The notes beneath the pieces were generated by a model. That model was not told the DNA's origin. It made no database searches and saw nothing but the letters and a program-made list of their open reading frames with translations. DNA of 64,000 nt from the human T2T-CHM13v2.0 reference genome, Homo sapiens. The position numbers and the translations under genes are program-made. Where the stretch lies: assembly GCF_009914755.1 (NCBI RefSeq), contig NC_060935.1. One strand, 5' to 3'. Each line of letters begins with the position of its first letter. The stretch's first letter is position 1. Positions 14,301 to 26,400 of the stretch are shown here, piece after piece.

Positions 14301-15069
14301 GAGTGCAGCCAGCCAGGCTCACAGTAATTTATCAGAATTCCTTGAATGAGAGTTGATTCTGTAGTGAACTTAGAGCTTCTGTCTTGTTTGTTTGCCTGTA
14401 GGGAGTGCTGACTGGGAGAAACAAATCTTTGCCTCTGAGGACAAAGGCAGCCACAACCTAGCTTGGGAAGAAACCATCATTTATAATTTGTAAATTCCCC
14501 AAAGTGTTGCTGAAAAGCCTCCAAGTGTTTTCTATATTTGGGTCTGTGATGGTTGCTTTATATACTACTGTGACTACCTACACAGAAGAAAGCCAGTGTT
14601 AGGAACACAGTGAAAACGTGAGCCCCTCTCAAGTACAATATGGTACATAAAAATGAATTTTCTGGCTTTAATTATAGACCTTGCACAGAGAACAGAAATG
14701 TACAGCCTAGGCACCAGCATGTGATGTGAACCTGATTATTTCCAGTGAGTTTCTGGAATCGTCTGTGAAAAGTACAGTTGTCAGGCAAAATGGGCTTCTC
14801 CACTACTTTCTCATTTCCCATGCAAGCCAGGGATTCCCTAGTGTCCCTGGGGAAGTTGTAGATGTGTAACTGTCTGATTGTCTTCACTGCTTTTGAAAGA
14901 CTCCTGTGCTATACAGATAACTTCTGCCCTGCTGAATCATGGAAACTCCTTATCGTTTCATTTTGGGAATAGAAATATCTGTGAATTGAAAAAGTATTTG
15001 CACATCATTCAACACTTCTGTTCTTCCTAGAAATGTTCTATTGAATTTAGGGCTGAAGGAGTTACTTTA

Positions 15070-15175
15070 TTTGATCAGATAATTTATCCTCCAAACTCAG
15101 GTGTTTTGAGAGTAAAAGGGAAGTAGATATAAACTAGGACTTTTCCAGGCAAACCAGGACATATGATTGCTTTGG
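15070..15175. mobile_element. MER94-like hAT MITE remnant
   Basis: taatttatcctccaaac...ccaggcaaaccaggacatatg. Confidence 0.5.
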
Positions 15176-17006
15176 TTGAGATGCTTCTATTTGTGTATCT
15201 CCTGATTTCCCAAAACGCTAACCATGGCTATTACCTAAAGTATTGTCCACAGCCTGTAGGCAACAGGGTCTGTGTTAATCATGACTGGTTTTTCTGAGAG
15301 CTTTGGAAATAAATGTCAGAGGTAGAATTGGTTGCTGCTTTGTTACAGAGAGTTATCCTTCAGCCTAACATAGAGAAGTCATCTCTATAATCAGCCGTCT
15401 GTTTATATGTGTGTCTCTTGCCTGGTATTCAAAAAGCAGTGGGCTGATTGTGTTATTTAGAATAAGCCCTTTCCCTCCAGGAGCCACAGCCCTTAGTCAT
15501 TTCTCTACTTGAAGTTTTAAAGTTTTTAGTGATCCAACATATGTCCCAGAGAACCTGGACCTGTAAAATTTGAGGTATGACAATCTACATGGTGATTGGA
15601 AATTTATTTTCTGGGAATTTATAATAAACACACACAGCCTAACTGCAATATCTGAAGATCCTATACAAATATTAGGCCCTAGGGACTGAGGGCATTTAGA
15701 AGTCTAAGGGATGATGTATGTGAAAAGATTTAATGGGCTGAACAATACATGCTACAGAAGAAGAAGGTGACCATTGAGTTGGAGTTGCACAGTATGAGGA
15801 ACTACACCTTTTCTCTCTTTACTTGGCCAGAATGCCTTGAGATGACATTACCCAGTTTCAAACTAAATTAACAGCCCGGTGCACAACATGGGACTTGTCA
15901 AGATAATAGAACCAATGGTAGCTGATTGCCCCTGAACTGATGCTTCTTATAGGCCCTGTTAAAAGAAATTGCAAAGTACATTTTGTTCATTATGGGTTAG
16001 ATTCCAATGTTAATTAAATTTATATTCATATGAGTCCCATATTTCAGATATTTCCAAGACAAGTCAAAGAAGATTCCCAGGCAGCAGTAGCTACATTCTA
16101 AGAAATAATTACTTGGAGAAATTCTGTTACAATGAACTGAACCCGGTTTAAAAATTGGCAACTCTGTTTTCTGCAATGGTGTCAATCTCCTTCAGTGCAG
16201 AGGCAAGGCTTTGTGCTAGAAAATCTATACATGAACCGGGTATTTGGTGATTCTAAAAAGCCAGAGCCTAGACAAAAACAAACAAATAAACAAAAAAAGC
16301 CTAGGAGACTTCCTTTCCTCAAGAATGATTGAAGAATGAGAATCTCTGATGGACTAGCATAATCAATCCATAGTTTTAAAAGAAATAGAACGATAGTTCC
16401 CAAACTGTGTTCCCCACAACACTAGTTTTGCAAGATATTAAAGGTATCCCAAGAAAAGGTAATTATTAGCTAAATAAATTTCGGAAACAGTGTGTATTAT
16501 CAATCTTATCTCAAAGCTTTGCAGGACATATAATTATGACAAGTCTCTGGGGCTGTCATTTAAAAAAATCAGTTTAATAATATTTAATCCAGAGTGTCCT
16601 GAACTTATTTGTTCATAAAAATTTTCAAAGGACACACCATAAAATCTGGAATTGCCAATTTAGAAATTTTTAATCCAAAAAAAAAGTCATATACACCCAA
16701 TACCAAAACTGTGCCAAACACCCTCAACCTAGTTATTCAGAGACAACACAGCTTTTGAGTTAGGATTTTTTTGTGACCATAAGCTCTCATTCATTGTTCA
16801 ATATGAGAGAAAACATCCAAGAATGAAGCTTTCAATTCATTTGAATTCTGGAAAATATGGGATTTGCTTCTTCCAGTGACTTTCATTGTAGGTGACTAAA
16901 CAGTTTTAATTGATATGTTGACATGAGCATGTTTTAGGCATTTCCTGAAAGGTTAGTGTCAAAAGAAATTAATATCCTGGTGGGCTTGTGTTTTTCTCTG
17001 AGGCAG

Positions 17007-17147
17007 ATATTGATGAATGTTCAGAGGGAATCATTGAGTGCCACAACCATTCCCGCTGCGTTAACCTGCCAGGGTGGTACCACTGTGAGTGCAGAAGCGG
17101 TTTCCATGACGATGGGACCTATTCACTGTCCGGGGAGTCCTGTATTG
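17007..17147 (+). CDS. NELL1: NELL1 internal coding exon (about exon 16), calcium-binding EGF-like domain; 141 nt, phase 1-1
   Basis: Acceptor tttttctctgaggcAG|, donor ATTG|gtaagc. Translates (D)IDECSEGIIECHNHSRCVNLPGWYHCECRSGFHDDGTYSLSGESCI, with the cbEGF consensus DIDEC...CxNxxGxYxCxC. Recognised as NELL1. Confidence 0.97.
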
Positions 17148-18733
17148 GTAAGCAGCTTTCAGGCATGCCCTCCAACTGCTTGGACCTTTGCAGGAGGTGT
17201 GGCTTGCTTTGGTACTCTGTTCAGCTCCCAGTGTTAAAATATGACCATTCATTGGTTAAATGCATCAGTTTTCAAATTTTCTCCCTCTACAATTCAGGGA
17301 TTAGGCCAGGGATCATGCAAAGTGGGGTGCTAGAATTTTTATATAGAAACTGTGACAGAGGAACAAAACCTGGGTCTATATGTTATGGCTTTGTTCTAAG
17401 GAAAACCTTAGTCTTCTTAATTCTTTCTAAGGAAAACCGTGATGACTTGCTGAAATTTTTGACAGTTTGGGAGGCAACTGTAGAGATGAGGAAATGTTAA
17501 ATAATACTGGATACTGGATTTAGATTAAGAAAGTTTAGTTTGAATCTCATCTCTTATACTGCAAGAGTCACTATAGTCTCTAATCCTTCATCTGTGTATA
17601 TGTAAAAATGAGGATAACAAGATACATATATTAAGATTAAACAAGAATACCACCTATTTAAAAATTGCAAGATTTGAATTGATGCACATATATGATATAG
17701 TTGCATTAACATTATTGTTGCTATTACCGCCACCATCATCTCTTGAAAAGTCTGCTTTATTGGGTCTCTTCTTGTGGTTCTGTTAAATACTGAACACGGG
17801 AAATTAGCAGATGGAGTTATTCACCTTCAAGACCTTACAACTTTCATGAAATCCGAACAACTGATCAAAAACATAACTGTTTCCATGAGAACCTTAGCCA
17901 ATCCAATTCTTTCATGTTGTGTCACCTCAGTTGAATTCTTAATGCTGATTTGGACCAACCTAGGGGCCAAGCATTCTGACCTTGGGCTCCCAAAGTTTAG
18001 CTTGCTGAATTAGAAAGTGGGAATTTGATTTTGAATATTTGTTTTCTCTGCTTAGGGTATATTGTTTTTTTTCTAAAGGCTGCTGCTGAGATATAGTCAG
18101 TGTTTTTTCAACTTCTCCACTGATGTTGATGTAAAGCAAAGATGAATTACAGAACAATGGCCACATGGCATGAATTATCCCCCATAGTCTTGACATTATT
18201 GTTGAGAGGCATGCAGTATAGTTACTAAAAGTATGGACTTTTGGACCAGATGTTGGCAGTCAAATTCTAGCTCTGCTGCTTCTAAGTCATTTACCATGGG
18301 TACATTTTTATCCAGTCTGTATTTCAGCTATCTCATCTGTGAAATAGAAATAATGTTTATATGTTTTTGAGATGAGTGTTGTGATAATTGAGTTAATATC
18401 TGTTAAATGTTCAAGAAATGTTAGCTATTATTTTAAATGTCACTGTGTATTCAGCATTCTACCCCATACTCTGTTCATATTTCTTTTCCTTTACATACTG
18501 CCAGGTACTTCTGTACATATGCAGCTCATTGTAAATCAATGTTATATGAATAGGAACAGGTCAAATGGCTATTGTTGAGGAATGAAAATGGAATATTAAC
18601 ATATGACATTAAGCATGGTGGCTAAAAGAAAATTTTAATTTTTACAGATAATATTTGACATCATTAAAAGGGGAGACTCTTAGATTTTTTAGTGCACAAA
18701 GGACCTTAGAGACCAGCTAGTTAAGCCAATTTT

Positions 18734-18958
18734 ATTTATTATTTTTTCTACTTTTAAGTTCAAGGGATTCATGTGCAGGTTTCTTCCCTGGGTAAACTGC
18801 ACATTGCTGAGGCTTGGTGTACAGATGATCCTGTCACCAAGGTAGTGAGCATAGTACACAATAGGTAGCCTTCCAAACCATACCCTTCCCCTTTCTTCCC
18901 TCCTCAGGCAGTCCTCAGTATCTTTTGTTCCTATCTTTGTGTCTATGTGTATTCAATA
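18734..18958 (-). mobile_element. Short 5'-truncated L1PA (PA13-16-like) 3' end
   Basis: Antisense L1 3' UTR. 16-bp TSD tagttaa(g/a)ccaatttt at 18718-18733 and 18959-18974. Confidence 0.85.
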
Positions 18959-21116
18959 TAGTTAAACCAATTTTATAACTGTTTGGACCTGCCATGGGAC
19001 TGCACACTTCTCTGCCTTTATATACGTTGTCCCTCTGGCTGGGATGAAACATGATGATTCACATATGAATTTCATTTTCCTAAATTTAGCTCACGTTTCA
19101 CCAAGTCCCCATGAAGTATTCTTTGATGCCTTCCAAAGACTTGTCACTCCTTTCTTCTGCTAACTCTAGATCTATCTTTTTCCTTGGTGTATGTTTCAGT
19201 AGCTTCACTTGTACAATATATTTGCTCTCTGACTAGACTATTGAGCAGCGAATGGGCTTTTTTCTTCTGTTTCTTCAGTGAGGCCCTTTGGTGGTTGTTG
19301 TTTAATAAATGTGAAAATTCAATCATATCATGTGATCAATAAAGACACTCACTCTCAGAAAGGTGACACCTCATTCCCAGCCACATAACTGGTTTGGATA
19401 CAAGTTGAGGATCAGACCTAGGTCAAGAGAACATGTAGGAATAGTTTCAGTTTATGCCTCTTGTTTCAATGTTACCTGTAGAGCCCTATCACCCTCATAA
19501 ATGTCTCTGGCACCTGTCCTGGTGCTCATTTCTCTCTAACATGCTGAGTGGCATGTCTGAAGGATGCGGTAAAATTCCTGCACTCTCAAGGAGCGTCTTT
19601 CTTCATCTACAACCTGATCCCTGTTTTGCAAAGGAAAATGTCAGTGAACTGGACTCCTTGGAGTTGGAGTCATTGGATTAGTGGCATTTTTAATTTGGGT
19701 AGTAGTCTGAATTTCTTTTTATTTCCACACTTTTGGGAAAACATTTGTAAATGATCCTTCATCAGGACAGAAATCTGACCCTCACTTAGTTATTTCTGTG
19801 GTAGTTGGGAGTACTCTGTTGGTTCAGAATATTTCTTGGGCAAACAACTATGTAAGTCAGATAATGACACTTTCTTCTTATGGCCTTCTAATGCCTTCCC
19901 AATGAGTGTAAAATAAATTTCTAACTTTATATGGCCTTCATGGTTTTAGATGATATTGTTCCTGCCTGCTTCTTGGACTCATTTCCTATATATATAAGGC
20001 TTTTTGATCTTTTCATGCCTTGAACATGACAAAAAGCTCATTCCAATTTCAGGGCCTTTGCCTTTACTGTTCTCTCTGTCTGGAGCTCTCAACACCTCTC
20101 TTGTTGTATGGCTGCCATGTTATTAGGTCTCAGACAAATGTTGCTTCTTCATGGAGACCCTCCCTGGCTTTTCTCTGAAATAATCCTTCCCTACTCACTT
20201 TGTTATAATACTTTTATATCTTTTTAGCATTTGTATTCACATGCACATGTGTGTAATATTCTCTTGCCTCAAACAAGTTGTTTGAGGGCAGAGACCTTGT
20301 TTGCCTTTTACTACTGTACTCGCAGCCCCTAAGATAATATAGTCAAAGAGAAGGCATTCAATGCATGTATGTCAAATGATTGAAGGCATGGATGTTCAAA
20401 ACTGTATCAAATCAGATTTATTTTCTATTTTGTTTGATATAACTAGTTGTGTGGTGTAGATTGTGGTGCATGACATGAGATGTTAAATATCACAAAACCA
20501 TGAGTCTTTTATTTAAAAAAATGTTTATTGAGAACAACCATCATACCAGCACTGCCTTGAGTCTTCTGGGAATATGGTTATGAACAAGTTAAGATGTCAG
20601 TTCTTGAAGGATTAATGACCTGACGTACTCTGGATCTTAATAACATAGCTTAATAGCACTGAAAATGAGCACATCTGAATAAACCCTAAATAATATCAAC
20701 CACTAATGCTTACATTTAAAAGAAATATCAGCATCTAAAATAACCCTTACAATTTTTTTTAAAAGTGGTTTGTAGCATATACTCAGCTATGTTTTTTTCT
20801 TCAGACAATGGCATATGTTATCATCTAAAATGTATCAGTTTAGGCTTTTAGAAGAATAGTCTCATGTCACTCTATGTCACTTTTTGTCAGATGAGGATAA
20901 TAGCACCTTCACTACTGATTTTATCCATTATTGTAAGCTTGAATAATATTGATATCATAAAGAACAGCATGCTTGCAAGATTTCTTATTTTATGAGAAGA
21001 AATGTTTAAGATTTGCCTTTTTCTCTTAAAGTGTAACATATGATTGAAGAAATGGCCAGTCCTAGTATTGCAGAGGCAGATAGAGTCACTATTCTTGAAG
21101 AGCTTATCAGAGTTAG

Positions 21117-21161
21117 TCTCTTCTGTCTCTCTCTCTGTCTCTCTCTTTGTCTGTCTCTCTT
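21117..21161. repeat. (TC/TCTG)n pyrimidine-rich simple repeat
   Basis: Read directly from the sequence. Confidence 0.8.
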
Positions 21162-21735
21162 TAACTTGTATATCTTTATAATGCCAGGAGAAAATAGTAC
21201 ACAAAAATTTGTAAATTAATATTTGCAGAAGATGATAATGACAGTGATTTGTTGGCACTGTAGGGTACAATGCACTCTGTGTTTTGATGCAGTGGTAGGA
21301 GTCAGTGATTCTCAGTTTTAATATAGAAGTTGTGAGCAATTGCTTTTTTGTCTAGGCATAGTTATCTGGGTCATTTAGAAATGAGAAGAACTAATATATA
21401 ATTAACAATGGCATGTATAAGCAGCAGTACTTTGCATATTTTAAAAATAAGATTCAGACTCCTCGGAATGTCAATCAGTTTCCACAATATTGCTCCCACA
21501 AATGAAACTTTATTTTCCTTTGTTCTCTCATATACTTTGCATGGATACTGGAGACTACTCAAATTCTTATTCTGCTCTTCCTAAATCCTGCATTCTCTTT
21601 CCTCTACTCCTTTGCTTGTGTGCTTTTCCCTGACTATCCCCATAGCCCCATTTCCATTAGTTAAAATCCTGATGAAGTCTTACTCTGTAAAGCAGGGATT
21701 CTCAAAACTGTGTCATGGTAGATTCACTGGAGTAG

Positions 21736-22564
21736 TGAAACGGCAGAGTTCCCTGACCCCCTTAGTAGGACTTGTGACAAAGATGTGGCTTGTCTGATCA
21801 CCTGCCATGTGCTCCCAAACTCCTTATGGGAGGGAGAGTATACAGATGTGCAGGAGCTGGGGCAAGCACTTTTGGGCTCTGGCCCCACAATAATATCTAG
21901 GGATGGGTGCCTGAAACTCCTAAAGCCCAAGTGGGTGTGTGTTACACTATGTTCTGTTAGCTTTGCTGTGTACAGGCAGTAAATGGCTCATTGTACCCTC
22001 TGCCTTTTCACAAGGACAGAGGGCCAGTGTGACGGCTTTCTGTATCTCAAGCTCTTGTCTGGTGTCCAGGAAAAATCATATTACACACGGACTTGAAGGA
22101 TGGTGAATGTGGGATTTTATTGAGTGGTGGAGGTGGCTCTCAGTGGGATGGATGCGGAGCTGGAAAGGGGATGGACTGGGAAGACGATCTTCCCCTGGAG
22201 TTTGACTGTCCAGCAGCCAGACACTCCTCTCTGAGTGTCCCCAGCCAAACTCCTCTAGACATTCAGATGCTCCTTCTCTTCTCTCCTCTGCTGCTCTTCT
22301 GTTCGTCTGCTCATCTGCTTGTGGAGCCTGGGGTTTGGGGTTTCTATGGGTACAGGATACCCATAGATAGCCCATAGGGTGTACAGAATCCTGGGTACAG
22401 GATACCGATAGGGTGTGGTGGGCCAAAAGGCAACTTTTGGTTGCGAAAACAGGAATGCCTGTTCCCATTTAGGGCCATTTAGGGCCATTTAGCCCATTTA
22501 GGGCTCCCTTTGCCAGGGAGCTGCCCTCTTCTACCCAGTATTTCCCTGTCTCCTGTCCATATCA
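21736..22564 (-). mobile_element. ERV1-class solo LTR (MER50-like), 829 bp
   Basis: TG...CA termini. Perfect 4-bp TSD GTAG (21732-21735 and 22565-22568). Minus strand starts tgatatggacaggagacagggaaatactgggtagaagagggc. Confidence 0.8.
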
Positions 22565-22669
22565 GTAGCTTTTTAAAAATGCCTGTGACGGGACATCACA
22601 CATCCTGAAGATTCATATTCAGTTGGTCTGGTGTGGGACCTAGATTGACACCATTTTCTAAAATTTGTT

Positions 22670-23492
22670 TAAGTGTATTTTTTATAAATTCATAATATTT
22701 TTGCATATTTATGGGGTATATGTGATATTTTGTTACAACCACAGAATGTGTAATGATCAAGTCAGGGTATTTGAGGTGTCTATCACCTTGAGTATTTATC
22801 ATTTCTATGTGTTGGGAAAAATACGAGTCCTGTTTTCCAGCTATTTTGAAATATATAGTACATTGTTGTTAATTATAATCACCCTACTCTGCTCTCAAAC
22901 ATTGTAACTTACTCCTTCTATCTAACTGTATGTTTGAACCCATTGACCAACCTCTCTTTAACACTCATTCCCCAACCTGCACACCCTTCCCAGTCGCTGG
23001 TATTGATCATTTTCCCTACCTCCATCAAATCAATTTTTTTAGCTCCTACACATGAGTGAGAACATGAAATATTTACCTTTCGGTGCCTGGCTGTATTAGT
23101 CTGTTCTCGCACTACTATAAGGAACTTCCTGAGACTGGGTAATTTATAAAGAAAAGAGATTTAACTGGTTCATGGTTCTACAGGCTGTACAGGAAGCATG
23201 GCTGGGGAGGCCTCAGGAAACTTACAATCATGGGGGAAGGTAAAGGGGAACCAGACATGTCCTACATGGCTGGAGCTGGAGGAAGAGAGTGAAGGGGGGA
23301 GGTACTATGTACTTTTCAACAACCAGATCTCATGAGAACCCACTCACCATCATGAGAACAGCCAGGGGAACATCTACTCCCATGATTGAATCACATCCTA
23401 CCAGGCCCCTCCTCCAACACTGGAGATTACAATTTGACATGAGCTTTGGGTGGAGACACAAATCCAAACCATATCACTGGCTTATTTCATGA
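22670..23492 (-). mobile_element. L1MA-type 3' end, interrupted by an MST LTR
   Basis: Antisense L1MA 3' UTR. ggtgcctggc|ttatttca rejoins across the LTR. Confidence 0.8.
23092..23476 (-). mobile_element. MSTA-like MaLR solo LTR
   Basis: tgtattagtc...ccaaaccatatca. Perfect 5-bp TSD CTGGC. Confidence 0.9.
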
Positions 23493-26400
23493 AGTCATTT
23501 AAAAAAAGACTACAAGTGATTATTAGAGAGACAATTTGGCCAATGTAGAGAACTACTGACATTCAGTTCTTCTAATAATAAGAATAAAAATTTCTCCCCT
23601 CTTATTTGTCTTCATAGCCGTTTATTTGCCATTCTTTTATAGACTTTAGCAGATTAGACTTGTGTTCTTAATTACGTCTTTATCACCTACAGTACAATTT
23701 AGGTGTTTTTTGATAGATTTTTATCAATTAATGTTGAATTAAATTGTATTGGTTGTGTTATTTTTACCTATCATATAAAATGTTTCATTCACAAGAAAGC
23801 CCATGTTGTTGCTGGAGACACACTCCAAGATGACATACAGCTATTCTTACGGGACTGAATACCTGTTGGCCTTCCATTGTTATCTGCTTTATAGCACTTA
23901 GTTGGGTGAAGCAGTTTCCTAGACTCTGGAGCCTGCTCTCAGGCCACTGTAAATGGCACAGTGAGGATTTACTTCTCAGAGTACTGCTGAAACCATGGTC
24001 ACCATGCAAAGCAATATGAAACAACCAAAAATGTTCCGCTGAAATCCCTTGGGAAAGAAATTTCCATTTTATCTGGTGGATGTGTCAGGAATAATTGAAA
24101 TGGCCTAAGAATGATTTTGCTTTGACTGCTTCTGCTCAGTGCCTGTTTTTCATAGGAGTGGCGATAAAAAGGGGTAGAACCTGGAGGTGCTCTATCTGTA
24201 AAAATGCTCTCAGTGACAAACCTCACTGAAGGGGAGGGGAGCTATGAAGCCTTTGCAGGCAATACTGTGATGTAATGGAGAGGGGTTTTAAGGACATTAA
24301 GCCTAGATTCAGTCCGAAATCGGCCTCTTTCTAGCTGAGCAGCATTTAGAAAGATATTTAACCTTTCAAAGCCTTAGTTTTCTTAGTGTGCATTAAGATA
24401 ATACTTACAATGGAACTTTTTCTAATGTGTGTTTTTATATGCAAATTTCCTGACAAGTATTATATGATAGTCAACATTTAACCTCCCTTCACCTCAGTTC
24501 CCTCACCTGTCACATGAAAACAATAACAGTAATACTAATAAGAGATAACATTTATTGAGAGTTTTACTTTGTGCCAGACACTGCTCTCAGCAATTTACAA
24601 AAGCATCAACCTCATACGGGTTGCTGTGGAGTAATCGTGACAATTAAGTGAGCAAACAAGGGAAAGAAGCATTCAGCACTTAGGTTTTAAGCAGGCAATA
24701 GATGTTATTTTCATTAACCGAACAACTACATGATGTGCTAGACACAGAACCAGGAAATTTCATGTATTTTCTAATTTAATTTCACAATGACCATAGGAGG
24801 AAAGCCCTCTTACTATCCCCATTGTAAAGGTGAAGAAAATGTGAGCTCGAGGACGAAGAGAACTTGTCCCAAATTCCGCAGCTGATAAATGGCACACAGA
24901 AGCCATAATCCAGGTGTGTTTGATCCCAAAGCTTCTGTTCTTAATATGTTCACACTGCACTGCTTTCTGGAAGGGAGGAGAACAGTGATGGGCTCATAGG
25001 TAGAGGAGATGTTAGCCAGAGCAGTTGGAGATTGAAAATACAAAAAAAGGGAGCATGAGAGAAAACAGATGAGACCCAGATGGACAGTTACAATATTATC
25101 TCTGTGTGATGAGCACTAGGGACTTATTTTATTCACTGGACTCAAGGGATGTGTTCTGGGGCCATCCTTCTGAGCGATGGGCAGGATAACTACGCGACAT
25201 GTTTTTGACAGTTAATGTGAAAGCACCTCAGCCTTGATAATACTACTACTGGGATATCCACTGATGTCATTACCTTCTTTGCATTTCTGGTGATGTAAAT
25301 CCAGAGAAGAAAAAGGAAAGAAAGGGTGGGTGATAAAGAGAATGAGAAAATGATCGGCAGATTTTTAAACCAATTTTTTAAATGTACTTATTTATTATGC
25401 ACTGCCTCTTAAAAGCAATTAGAATAGTATATACAAAGATCACATGTTCAAGAGTTATTTAAAATACAAATATTTGAAAAATAAAGAAATTATATTAACC
25501 AATGATAGTTATCAAAGATGTTCATAAATATCCTGGCAGTCAGAGCAAAATGGGAAACATGAGTATATAAATTATTCTAATTTAAAAGGAGGTTTCATTC
25601 ATAATCGTCAAGAAGTAAAGTCTCAAGTGTGCTGTTTTTTCTATTCCAGGGAAGAGACATGTCAGGGTGGAAAAGCACCTTAGTGGACCAGGGTATTTCA
25701 GACTAAGAAAGTTTAAGAGACAAGGCAGAGACACTAATCCCAGAACACTCATGGATTTTCTCTCTATGCTAAACAATAAGACCCACCCTACACATAAGAT
25801 ATTTTTTGGTTAAATAGCATGCCACCTTTCTTTGATAATATTTAGTGTGGTCTCATTACTTCAAAATTGTTGTTTCCAAAGAGCTTTACACACAGTTTTA
25901 TCAAAGTACTAAATTCTGTATTATTGAAGAGCCTTGCTTAAGGCAGATGCCACTTAACCATGGAACTGTAAGGAATCAATATGAAGTAAATGCAAGCATG
26001 ATTTTGGGAATCAGAGGGCCTCAGTTGCATGACACAAAATTGCCACATGTCATTAAAAGTTTCAGATGGACAGAGAGACCAAGACCCAGACACCACCTCA
26101 GTATGGAATGGATATGGAAAAAGATCAGTATTATCAGGGTGCAGAATGGAGAGGTTAAGAACATTTTGCAACATCTAATAGAAAAGAAAGCTCTTCTGGG
26201 TCCCCCAGAAAGGACCTTACAGTGGACACACAGTGGCAGATGATAAATCAGGTGAGAAATGAATCTCATCAGACCCTCTGGAAGCTTGCCTGCTCCTTTT
26301 CTAGTCCTGCCATACATAGATAAGCCTGAAGCTATTTAGCATGTGGGCTAAATTGGATACATTTTAGAGACTTCTCTGGGAAGACAAGCGCACCTCCTCC

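Larger units (their letters stand above)
21693..23558 (+). mobile_element. MER5B-like DNA transposon split into three pieces (about 21693-21735, 22569-22660, 23495-23558)
   Basis: cagggattctcaaa (left TIR) ... ctttttaaaaat...ttggtctggtgtgggacc ... gagaactactg (right TIR). The pieces are colinear once the inserts are removed. Confidence 0.6.

Noticed and set aside
20887-21339. 150-aa minus-strand ORF
   Set aside because: Spans a TC simple repeat, non-ATG start, no domain-like content.
25845-26317. Three overlapping ORFs on both strands
   Set aside because: No recognisable homology or exon boundaries; compatible with chance.
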